Below are positions 8,062 to 16,192 of a stretch of DNA of 64,000 bases, in pieces; the first letter of the stretch is position 1; every line of letters begins with the position of its first letter. Source of the stretch: Candidatus Dormiibacterota bacterium (GTDB taxonomy: Bacteria; Chloroflexota; Dormibacteria; Aeolococcales; Aeolococcaceae); assembly GCA_036521195.1 (NCBI GenBank), contig DATDID010000026.1:89944-153943 (forward strand), read 5' to 3'. The notes under the pieces were generated by a model, which did no database searches, was not told the DNA's origin, and saw nothing but the letters and a program-made list of their open reading frames with translations. Position numbers and translations under genes: made by a program.

Positions 8062-10401
8062 ATGGCTGTCACCACCATGATCGGCGCCCGAGTTCAGCGC
8101 CGCGAAGACCCGAAGCTCATCACCGGTCACGGGCACTACATCGACGACGTCACCCTCGTGAACATGGCGCACATGTCGGTCGTGCGCAGTCCGCATCCGC
8201 ACGCGCGCATCAAATCGATCGATACCGCCGCTGCGCTTGCGTCGAAGGGCGTGGTCGCCGTCCTCACGTACAAGGACTTCAAGCCGGTCATCCTCGGACC
8301 GATCCCGGTGACCAATTCGTTCGTTCCCGACAAGAAACAGGTGCCGGAGCAGTTCCCGATCGCGGCCGACGAGGCTGTGTACGCGGGCGAACCGGTTGCG
8401 GTGATCATCGCGAACGATCGCTACCTCGCCGACGATGCCGCCCAGCTGGTCGCCGTCGACTACGAGCCGCTGCCTGCGGTCATGGATCTCGAGAAGGCGA
8501 TGGCTGAGGGGAGCCCGCTCGTGAAGAGCGACCGCCCCGACAACATCGGCTGGGACGCCTCATTCCCGTCAGGGGACATCGACGCGGCGTTCGCCGAGGC
8601 CGAGGTGACCGTCAAGGAGCGCATCGGGCAGCAGCGTCTGTTCCCCACCGCTATGGAGACGCGCGGTTGCGTGGCCGACTGGGTGCCGTTCGACAACCGG
8701 GTGACGCTCTGGACCTCGACACAGGTCCCGCACTTCATCAGGCTTTTCGTCGGTGGTGCGCTCGGCGTGCCGGAATCGCAATTCCGGGTGATCAGTCACG
8801 ACGTCGGTGGGGGCTTCGGCGCGAAGTTGCGTCCGTATCCCGAGGAATACCTCGCGACAGCAGCCTCCAAGATCTGCCGCCGGCCCGTGAAGTGGATCGA
8901 GGACCGCACCGAAAGCCTGCAGGCGACGACCCACGGGCGCGGCCAGGTATTCGACCTGGAGGTGGCGGCGAAGCGCGACGGCACACTGCTCGGGTTGCGC
9001 TTCACGCAGCTGCTCGACATCGGTGCGTATCACGGCGTGTTCAGCGCTTTCCAGGTCGTCGCATGCCTCCTCGGCGGCGGTTGCTACGACTGGAAGGCCA
9101 TCAACGCCCGCAGCATCGGAGTCTTCACCAACCGAATGTCAACGGACCCGTATCGCGGCGCCGGACGCCCGGAAGCGACCCACCTCGTGGAGCGTGCCGT
9201 TGACCTCGTTGCGCGCGAGATCGGCATGGATCCCGCTGAGATTCGCCGCAAGAACTTTGTCAAAACCTTCCCGCACACCAACAATTTCGGGCTCGTCTAT
9301 GACTCCGGCGACTATGAGAAGTCGCTTGACCGCGCTCTCGAGAACATCGGCTACCCTGCACTGCGCAAGCGCCAGGAGGAGTTGCGCGCCCAGGGTCGTT
9401 ACATGGGCATCGGATTCAGCACCTGGGTCGAGATCTGCGGTCTCGGCCCGAGTTCCGCGACGGCTCCCGCTGCCGGTATCGCGTTGGTGGAATCGTCGAT
9501 GGTGCGCGTGCACCCGACGGGATCGGTGACCGTTTCGGTCGGCACACACTCGCACGGCCAGAGCCACGAGACGACGTTCGCGCAAATCGTGGCCGATCAA
9601 CTCGGCGTTCCGATGGAATCGGTCGAGATCCGCCATGGAGACACGGGCGACACACCGTTCGGTTATGGCACCTACGGGTCGCGCAGTCTCGCGGTTGGCG
9701 GCATGGCCATCGTCGCCTCCTGTCACAAGGTGGTGGAGAAAGCTCGCAAGCTGGCTGCCCACGCGTTCGAGGCCTCCGAGGACGACATCGTCGTGGATCA
9801 GGGACGCTACTTCGTGCGCGGCAACCCCGCTGAAGCGAAGGTGCTTGCAGAGCTGGCATTCGCCTCGTACGGCGCCGGTCTCCCCGAGGGGATGGAGCAG
9901 GGTCTCGAGGCGGTGTCGTACTTCGATCCGCCGAACTTCGTGTGGCCGTTCGGGTGCCACATCTGCGCAGTTGAGGTCGACCCGGAGACGGGTGCGGTCA
10001 CCATCGACCGCTACGTTGCGGTGGACGACTGCGGCAACGTCATCAACCCGATGGTTGTCGACGGCCAGCTGCACGGAGGGATCGCGCAGGGAATCTCGCA
10101 GGCGCTGTTCGAAGAGGTGCAGTACGACGATGAGACCGGACAGATGCTGACCGGCACGTTGCTGGACTATCTCGTCCCAACGATGGCGGAAATGCCCGAT
10201 TTCGAGCTCGACCGCACCGTGACCCCGAGCCCCACCAACGAGCTCGGCGTCAAAGGCATCGGCGAGGCGGGAACCATCGCGTCGAGTGCCGCGGTGATCA
10301 ATGCGATCACCGATGCGCTCGCACCCTTCGGTATCAAACACGTGGAGATGCCGGCGCGTCCGGATCGCCTCTGGTCGATGATCAAGGAGGCACGCGCATG
10401 A
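8062..10401 (+). CDS. molybdopterin-binding large subunit, form II CoxL-like (xanthine dehydrogenase family)
   Basis: 779 aa. The active-site loop reads STDPYRGAGRPEA (AYRGAGR-type, not the form I AYRCSFR). The GIGEAGT block is near the C-terminus. Confidence 0.85.
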   Translation: MAVTTMIGARVQRREDPKLITGHGHYIDDVTLVNMAHMSVVRSPHPHARIKSIDTAAALASKGVVAVLTYKDFKPVILGPIPVTNSFVPDKKQVPEQFPIAADEAVYAGEPVAVIIANDRYLADDAAQLVAVDYEPLPAVMDLEKAMAEGSPLVKSDRPDNIGWDASFPSGDIDAAFAEAEVTVKERIGQQRLFPTAMETRGCVADWVPFDNRVTLWTSTQVPHFIRLFVGGALGVPESQFRVISHDVGGGFGAKLRPYPEEYLATAASKICRRPVKWIEDRTESLQATTHGRGQVFDLEVAAKRDGTLLGLRFTQLLDIGAYHGVFSAFQVVACLLGGGCYDWKAINARSIGVFTNRMSTDPYRGAGRPEATHLVERAVDLVAREIGMDPAEIRRKNFVKTFPHTNNFGLVYDSGDYEKSLDRALENIGYPALRKRQEELRAQGRYMGIGFSTWVEICGLGPSSATAPAAGIALVESSMVRVHPTGSVTVSVGTHSHGQSHETTFAQIVADQLGVPMESVEIRHGDTGDTPFGYGTYGSRSLAVGGMAIVASCHKVVEKARKLAAHAFEASEDDIVVDQGRYFVRGNPAEAKVLAELAFASYGAGLPEGMEQGLEAVSYFDPPNFVWPFGCHICAVEVDPETGAVTIDRYVAVDDCGNVINPMVVDGQLHGGIAQGISQALFEEVQYDDETGQMLTGTLLDYLVPTMAEMPDFELDRTVTPSPTNELGVKGIGEAGTIASSAAVINAITDALAPFGIKHVEMPARPDRLWSMIKEARA

Positions 10402-11213
10402 TCACGTCGGCGTTCGAATATGCCCGACCGGGCTCGGTCGACGAGGCGCAGGCACTGTTGACGAAGTTCGGCGACGACGCCAAGGTGATCGCGGGTGGGC
10501 AGAGCCTCATCCCGCTGATGCGACTTCGGCTCAGCCAGCCGACGGCACTCATCGACATTCAGGGGATCGGCGACCTGAAGCAGGTGCGTCGCGACAACGG
10601 CACCGTGGAGATCGGGGCACTGGTGCGGCACGTCGACATCCAGCGCAACGCGACACTCCGCGAGACCCTGCCGATCCTCGTGGAGATGGCCAACGACGTC
10701 GGTGACAACCAGGTCCGCAACCTAGGGACCATCGGCGGCGTGATAGCTCACGGCGACGCGGCCGGCGATTACAACGCGCTCGCGCTCATGCTCGACGCCG
10801 AGATCGTGACCAACAAGCGCCGCCATCAGGCGCGCGACTTCTACCGCGACATCTTCACGACGGTGCTGGAGCACGACGAGGTGGTGACGGCGGTGCGCTT
10901 CCCTGTCTCGACTGGTCGCTTCGCGTACACGAAGTTCCGGCGCAGGCTGTACGACTGGGCGATCGCCGGCGTGGCGGTGCAGGAGACGGGCTCGTCCTGG
11001 CGGGTGGGCTACGTCAACCTGGCGCGGACGCCGCGCCGCGGCACGGCGGTGGAAGCGGCACTGGCAGGCGGAGCGTCAGCGGCGGATGCCGCGGCCCAGA
11101 TCGGCTCTGACATCGATCCCACCGGCGACGTTCGCGCCACGGCCGAGTACAAGCGACACCTTGCCCAGGTGCTCACCCAGAGGACGCTTCAGCAGGCCAC
11201 GTCGCCGGCCTGA
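10398..11213 (+). CDS. FAD-binding medium subunit (CoxM-like)
   Basis: Carries AGGQSLIPLMRLRL and GTIGG blocks. It overlaps the large subunit by 4 bp, giving the S-L-M gene order. Confidence 0.85.
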   Translation: MITSAFEYARPGSVDEAQALLTKFGDDAKVIAGGQSLIPLMRLRLSQPTALIDIQGIGDLKQVRRDNGTVEIGALVRHVDIQRNATLRETLPILVEMANDVGDNQVRNLGTIGGVIAHGDAAGDYNALALMLDAEIVTNKRRHQARDFYRDIFTTVLEHDEVVTAVRFPVSTGRFAYTKFRRRLYDWAIAGVAVQETGSSWRVGYVNLARTPRRGTAVEAALAGGASAADAAAQIGSDIDPTGDVRATAEYKRHLAQVLTQRTLQQATSPA

Positions 11214-11219
11214 GCCGAC

Positions 11220-11717
11220 TCAGACTGCAGCGTCGGGGCGGTCGAGCGTCCCGCTGCGGCCGCCCTCCTTGTGGACGAGGGTGACCTCGGCGATCGACGC
11301 CCAGTGGTCGACCGCCTTGATCATGTCGATGACGGTGAGACCCGCGATCGTCACGGCGGTGAGCGCCTCCATCTCGACGCCCGTCGCTCCTTCGACGCGC
11401 GCTGTCGCCTCGATCACGACGCCCGGCGTGCCGGTCGCGTCGAGACGAAGATCGACGTCGATGTGGCGCAAAGCGAGCGGATGGCAGAGTGGGATGAGAT
11501 CCGACGTGCGCTTGGCGCCCATGATCCCGGCGAGGCGAGCCGTGTCGAGCACGCTCCCCTTGGCGATGCTGTCATCGGCCATCCGCTGCACCGCTTCCAC
11601 GCTGCAGTTGACACGTCCTCGTGCTGTCGCGCTGCGCTGGGTCACCGCCTTGTCGCTGATGTCGACCATTCGAGCGCGACCTTTGCCGTCGATATGCGTC
11701 AGGCGTCGTGCACTCAT
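11220..11717 (-). CDS. moaC: cyclic pyranopterin monophosphate synthase
   Basis: Motifs LTHIDGKGRARMVDISDK and DLIPLCHPL. Confidence 0.9.
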   Translation of the reverse strand: MSARRLTHIDGKGRARMVDISDKAVTQRSATARGRVNCSVEAVQRMADDSIAKGSVLDTARLAGIMGAKRTSDLIPLCHPLALRHIDVDLRLDATGTPGVVIEATARVEGATGVEMEALTAVTIAGLTVIDMIKAVDHWASIAEVTLVHKEGGRSGTLDRPDAAV

Positions 11718-12403
11718 GATTGCGCCTCACCATGCGTGTGTCGCGCGTCGACCCAGCGGGCGCCGTCGGTCCGATGCTCGCGCTTCCAGACGGGCACTGT
11801 TGACTTGATCATCTCCATCGCCTCCTCGCACACCGGAAACGCGGTGTCCCGATGCGGCGCGGCCACAACCACGATGACGCTCGCCTCGCCGATGAGCAGC
11901 GACCCGACACGGTGGACGATGGTGATGGTGCTGATACCGCCGCGCTCGTACAGCTGCTCACCGATACGGCGCATCTCCAGTTCGGCCATCTCCGCGTACG
12001 CCTCGTAGTCCATACGATGCACGGCGACGCCGTCACTGTTGTCGCGAACGCGGCCGACGAACGCCGCCACGGCGCCGTCGCTCGATGACCCTGCGCTTGC
12101 GATCACGGATCCGATGTCGATAGGCACGTCCGTCACCCAGACGCGGACCGGTGAGCGATCTTCGCTGCCGCCTGCAACCGGCGGGATGAACGCGATGGTG
12201 TCGCCACTCTGCACGACCGTTGTCCACTCGCAGTAACTGAGGTTGCGCGCTGCGCGAACGGAACCGGCGTCGACGGCTGCGCCGGGATGCCGGCGCACAA
12301 CCTCATCCCACACGTCCTGCACCGTCGCGCCGTTCACCTGGATCTCATCAACCCCCAGCCGCTCGCGCAATGGGCCGAAGACGAGGACGGTGACGTCAGC
12401 CAT
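11714..12403 (-). CDS. fused molybdopterin synthase MoaD-MoaE (MoaX-like)
   Basis: The N-terminal ~80 aa form a ThiS/MoaD fold ending IAFIPPVAGG. The sequence continues without a stop into a MoaE domain (AVAAFVGRVRD...VVVVAAPHRDTAF...VPVWKRE). Confidence 0.8.
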   Translation of the reverse strand: MADVTVLVFGPLRERLGVDEIQVNGATVQDVWDEVVRRHPGAAVDAGSVRAARNLSYCEWTTVVQSGDTIAFIPPVAGGSEDRSPVRVWVTDVPIDIGSVIASAGSSSDGAVAAFVGRVRDNSDGVAVHRMDYEAYAEMAELEMRRIGEQLYERGGISTITIVHRVGSLLIGEASVIVVVAAPHRDTAFPVCEEAMEMIKSTVPVWKREHRTDGARWVDARHTHGEAQS

Positions 12404-12406
12404 CGG

Positions 12407-13438
12407 TCAACCGCCGATGTACGACATCTCGATCCGCTCACCGTCGGCGACACCAAGACCGCGCAACTCCGAGTATCGATCGTCGCGACTCTTCCAGCGG
12501 CCGGCGATGACGTTGCGCAGCTCGTCGTCGCCGGCACCCGATCGCAGGGGTTCTCGGAGGTCGATGCCGGTGGTGGCGAAGAGGCACGTGTAGAGCTTGC
12601 CGTCGACGCCCAGACGCGCTCGCGTGCAGTCGCCGCAGAACGGCCGGCTCACCGACGTGATCACACCGAGCTCGCCGGCGCCGTCGGCGAAGCGATATCG
12701 TTTGGCGACTGCCGTGGGGTCGGGCCGCTCCTCGATGAGTGGATAGACCTTTGACACGCGTTCGAGGATCTCCTCGCCACTGACCACGTCGGCCATGCGC
12801 CAGCCGTTGGTGGCGCCGACATCCATGTACTCGATGCAGCGCAGGCTCAGCCCCTCGCGGCGCGCGAAATCGACGAGGTCGAGCAGGCCATCCTCGTTGA
12901 CGCCACGCTGCACGACGCAGTTCAGCTTGATTGGTGCCAGGCCCACCTCGCGCGCTGCGGCGATGCCGTCGAGGACTTCGCCGACCTCGATGCGCGAGTC
13001 GCTCATCGTGGCGAAGATCGCTGGGTCAAGGGAGTCGAGGCTCACGGTCACGCGGTGCAATCCGGCGTCGCGCAGCCTCGCGGCCCAGCGCCGCAGAAGC
13101 GCGCCGTTGGTGGTCAGTGCGATGTCCTGCATGCCGGTCGCCGCAATGCCCGCAACGATGTCCGCGAGGTCGGTGCGCAACAGTGGCTCGCCGCCGGTCA
13201 GACGAATCTTGGTGACGCCAAGCGACTGGAACACCCCCGCGAGCCGCACGATCTCTGCGGCGTTCAGCGCCTCGTCGCGCGGCAGGAAACGATGTCCCGG
13301 ACCGAACCGTGATTTGGGCATGCAGTAGGGGCAGCGGAAGTTGCACTTGTCCGTGACCGAGATGCGCAGGTCGCGGAGCGCACGCCCGAGGCGGTCGGGT
13401 CCCATCGCCACGCTCGAAGGAACGGAAACCGCAGTCAT
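12407..13438 (-). CDS. moaA: GTP 3',8-cyclase (radical SAM)
   Basis: Carries LRISVTDKCNFRCPYCMP. The ATG at 13438 forms an ATGA overlap with the moeA stop; the track ORF start at 13510 lies inside moeA. Confidence 0.9.
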   Translation of the reverse strand: MTAVSVPSSVAMGPDRLGRALRDLRISVTDKCNFRCPYCMPKSRFGPGHRFLPRDEALNAAEIVRLAGVFQSLGVTKIRLTGGEPLLRTDLADIVAGIAATGMQDIALTTNGALLRRWAARLRDAGLHRVTVSLDSLDPAIFATMSDSRIEVGEVLDGIAAAREVGLAPIKLNCVVQRGVNEDGLLDLVDFARREGLSLRCIEYMDVGATNGWRMADVVSGEEILERVSKVYPLIEERPDPTAVAKRYRFADGAGELGVITSVSRPFCGDCTRARLGVDGKLYTCLFATTGIDLREPLRSGAGDDELRNVIAGRWKSRDDRYSELRGLGVADGERIEMSYIGG

Positions 13439-14667
13439 CGCAGGGGGATCGCCTCGACGACGGTGCCGGCTGGAACGACCTCGACGCCGACCGGGAGCAC
13501 GACGAGGCAATCAGCGCGAGTGAGTGATTGCAGCATCGATGAGCCCTGGTCGCCGGAACTCGTGGCAGACGGCAATTCACCCGGGGTCTGGTGCAACACC
13601 GCGCGAGCGTACGTCTCGAGCGGCGCTGGTTTCGTCATCTCCTCGCCGAGGCGAACCTGCACGCGACGTCGGTGCAGCTCGCGCGCGCCCTGCATCTTCT
13701 TGATCACCGGACGCGCGAACAGCTCGAACGTTACCGAGCTGCTGACCGGGTTTCCCGGCAGCCCGATGAACACAGCGCCGCCGATTGCTCCGGTCAGCAC
13801 CGGCTTACCGGGGCGCATCGCGACGCGCCATGTCGAGATGGTCCCCATCTCGGAGACGACCTCACGCACCCAGTCGTGGTCACCGACACTGACGCCGGCG
13901 GAGCTCACGATGAGATCGAAGCCCGCGGCTGTCTCGAGGAGCGCTCGGAGGGCCTCTTTCGAATCGCGCCCGATGCCCAGGAACGCCGGCAACCCACCCG
14001 CCTCATGCACCGCGGCTGTCAGCATCGGGGAATTCGAGTCGACGAGCTGCGCGGGGCCTGGCGATGTGCCCGCCGCCACCAGCTCGTCCCCTGTCGCGAG
14101 CACGGCCACGCGAGGACGCGATCCCACCACGAGGTGAGCGTTGCCGAGCGCCGCCGCGACGGCAACATCGATGCTCGTGAGCTCAAGTCCCGGTTGCAGC
14201 ACCACCGCGCCCGCCGCCATGTCGGCGCCGCGCCAGCGGACGCTCGTGCCGGTGGCCGTCGCGACCTCGATGAGCACGTCCACGCCGTCGCGCGCGGTGT
14301 CCTCCTGCCGGACCACGGTGTCGGCCCCGGCGGGCAGCGGTGCACCGGTCATGATCCGCATCGCGGTACCCGGCGCCAGCGCAATCGGCATTGCCCCAGC
14401 ACGCGATTCGCCGACAACCGGCAGGCGCACCGGCGCGGTCGCGGATGCAGTGGCGATCTCGCCGGCGCGAACCGCATATCCGTCCATTGCGGAGTTGTCA
14501 AATCCGGGCAGGTCTGTCTGCGACGCTACCGTCTGCGCGAGGATCCTCCCTAGAGCATCGTCAAGCCCAACCTGCTCTGGCGCCAGCACGCGGACGCCGT
14601 CGAGCAATCGCGTCTGTGCACCGACGACTGACTCGAGATCGGGAGAAACGGCAGGCGCCAACGTCAT
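13435..14667 (-). CDS. moeA: molybdopterin molybdotransferase
   Basis: 410 aa with FDNSAMDGYAV, ATGDEL, SSAGVSVGDHDWV and MRPGKP. Confidence 0.9.
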   Translation of the reverse strand: MTLAPAVSPDLESVVGAQTRLLDGVRVLAPEQVGLDDALGRILAQTVASQTDLPGFDNSAMDGYAVRAGEIATASATAPVRLPVVGESRAGAMPIALAPGTAMRIMTGAPLPAGADTVVRQEDTARDGVDVLIEVATATGTSVRWRGADMAAGAVVLQPGLELTSIDVAVAAALGNAHLVVGSRPRVAVLATGDELVAAGTSPGPAQLVDSNSPMLTAAVHEAGGLPAFLGIGRDSKEALRALLETAAGFDLIVSSAGVSVGDHDWVREVVSEMGTISTWRVAMRPGKPVLTGAIGGAVFIGLPGNPVSSSVTFELFARPVIKKMQGARELHRRRVQVRLGEEMTKPAPLETYARAVLHQTPGELPSATSSGDQGSSMLQSLTRADCLVVLPVGVEVVPAGTVVEAIPLR

Positions 14668-14834
14668 GTTGTCCTCATCCTCTACCCGCCATGGGGGTTC
14701 GCGACAACCATCATAGACGGGGCGCCCAACGGGTATTCGCCGTCCTTTTCACCTGTATCGGACTGGCGTACTCTTTGCCTGTCCACTGGTGGACCAATTG
14801 AGTGGTGTTGGCCGTTTGGCCCGGAGGGTCTTGG

Positions 14835-15713
14835 ATGTTCCCTGCCGCGTTTGAGTACATCGCGCCTGCATCGCTCGATGAGGTCCTCAGCCTCATGAGC
14901 AAGCACGGCGATGATGCCAAGGTTCTCGCCGGTGGCCAGAGCCTGATCCCATTGTTGAAACTGCGATTTGCGACCCCCGTGATCCTCGTTGATATCGCAA
15001 ATGTCGACGGACTCGAGGGAATTCGCAGAGAAAACGGGCATGTGCGGATCGGCGCGCGGACGCGGCATCGCGATGTGGAAAGCGCAACCGATCTGCGTGG
15101 CACGCTCGATGTGCTGCTCGACGCGGCTCCTCTCATCTCGGACCCCTTGATACGCAACATGGGCACGGTCGGCGGCTCCATCTGCCACGCGGACCCCGCC
15201 GGCGACTGGGGAGCGGTGATGCTCGCAGTGGGCGCGGAGTTCGTCGTGAAGTCCTCACAAGGGGAGCGAGTGCTGCCGGCCGCGGGGTTCTTCGAAGGTC
15301 CCTTCACCACCGGTCTGCACGGCGATGAGGTCATGACCGAGATCCGGGTGCCCATCACCGCGGGACGCTCGGGCGGAACCTATCTCAAGCTCGAACGCAA
15401 GATCGGTGACTTCGCGAGCGTTGCGACGGCGGTGCACGTCGTCCTTGGTGGTGATGGGCGCGTTGCTGCAGCGGGTATCGGCCTGTGCGCCGTCGGCGCG
15501 CACAGCATCAAGGCAACCGCCGCCGAGGCCGCGCTCGTCGGGCAGGAACCGACCGATGCAGTCATCAGTGAAGTTGCCCGGCTCGCTGCCGAAGCAGCGG
15601 AACCAAAAGCAGACATACGGGGGAGTGCGGAGTACAAGCGCGACGTCGCGCGCGTCTTCGTGCAGCGCGGGTTGCGCACCGCCGTTAACCGCGCGCAAGG
15701 AGCTTCCGCATGA
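14835..15713 (+). CDS. coxM: aerobic CO dehydrogenase medium (FAD) subunit
   Basis: GGAGGG lies upstream of the ATG at 14835. The product starts MFPAAFEYIAPASLDEV and carries AGGQSLIPLLKLRF. It is the first gene of an M-S-L cluster. Confidence 0.85.
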   Translation: MFPAAFEYIAPASLDEVLSLMSKHGDDAKVLAGGQSLIPLLKLRFATPVILVDIANVDGLEGIRRENGHVRIGARTRHRDVESATDLRGTLDVLLDAAPLISDPLIRNMGTVGGSICHADPAGDWGAVMLAVGAEFVVKSSQGERVLPAAGFFEGPFTTGLHGDEVMTEIRVPITAGRSGGTYLKLERKIGDFASVATAVHVVLGGDGRVAAAGIGLCAVGAHSIKATAAEAALVGQEPTDAVISEVARLAAEAAEPKADIRGSAEYKRDVARVFVQRGLRTAVNRAQGASA

Positions 15714-16192
15714 ACGTCAACTTCGAGATCAATGGAGCCGCGAAGACCGTCGACGTCGAGCCGCGTACGCTCGTCGTCGACCTGATCCGGACCAAGCTCG
15801 GCATGACCGGGACGCACATCGGGTGTGACACGAGCAACTGCGGCGCGTGCACGGTGCTGCTCGACGGCCGTCCGGTCAAGTCCTGCACGGTCCTTGCACC
15901 GATGCTCGAGGGCAAGAAGGTCACCACGGTCGAGGGTCTCAAGCAGGACGGAAAGCTTCACGCGATCCAGGAGGGATTTCACGCGGAGCACGGCCTGCAG
16001 TGCGGTTTCTGCACGCCGGGGATGATGCTCGTCGGCGCCGCGCTCATCGAGGCAAACCCGCATCCCACTGAGGACGAGATTCGCTGGGGAATCAGCGGCA
16101 ACATCTGCCGCTGCACCGGGTACATGAACATCGTGAAAGCGATTCAGCATGCGGCTGCCGCAAATGCCGGCGACCCTGCAGGAGTAGCGTGA
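15710..16192 (+). CDS. coxS: aerobic CO dehydrogenase small ([2Fe-2S]) subunit
   Basis: Motifs CDTSNCGACTV, CGFCTPGM and CRCTGY. It overlaps both neighbours by 4 bp. Confidence 0.9.
   Translation: MNVNFEINGAAKTVDVEPRTLVVDLIRTKLGMTGTHIGCDTSNCGACTVLLDGRPVKSCTVLAPMLEGKKVTTVEGLKQDGKLHAIQEGFHAEHGLQCGFCTPGMMLVGAALIEANPHPTEDEIRWGISGNICRCTGYMNIVKAIQHAAAANAGDPAGVA

Noticed and set aside
9139-10341. Long antisense or out-of-frame ORFs throughout the window. Examples: 1258-2373(+), 3036-4226(-), 9139-10341(-), 16231-17274(-), 18339-19790(-), 20166-21641(-), 25567-26823(+), 47589-48989(+), 50673-52037(-), 52179-53564(-), 54470-55672(+), 57550-58710(+), 60650-62017(-), 61750-62739(-).
   Set aside because: These are Arg/Pro/Gly/His-rich low-complexity translations lying opposite genes with clear family motifs. 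They are the typical shadow ORFs of high-G+C DNA.
14668-14834. Moco riboswitch upstream of the moeA-moaA operon, and likewise in the leader 7306-7530 before the CoxSLM genes.
   Set aside because: I could not find the conserved Moco-motif core or a consistent stem architecture by eye. These regions probably hold ordinary divergent promoters.
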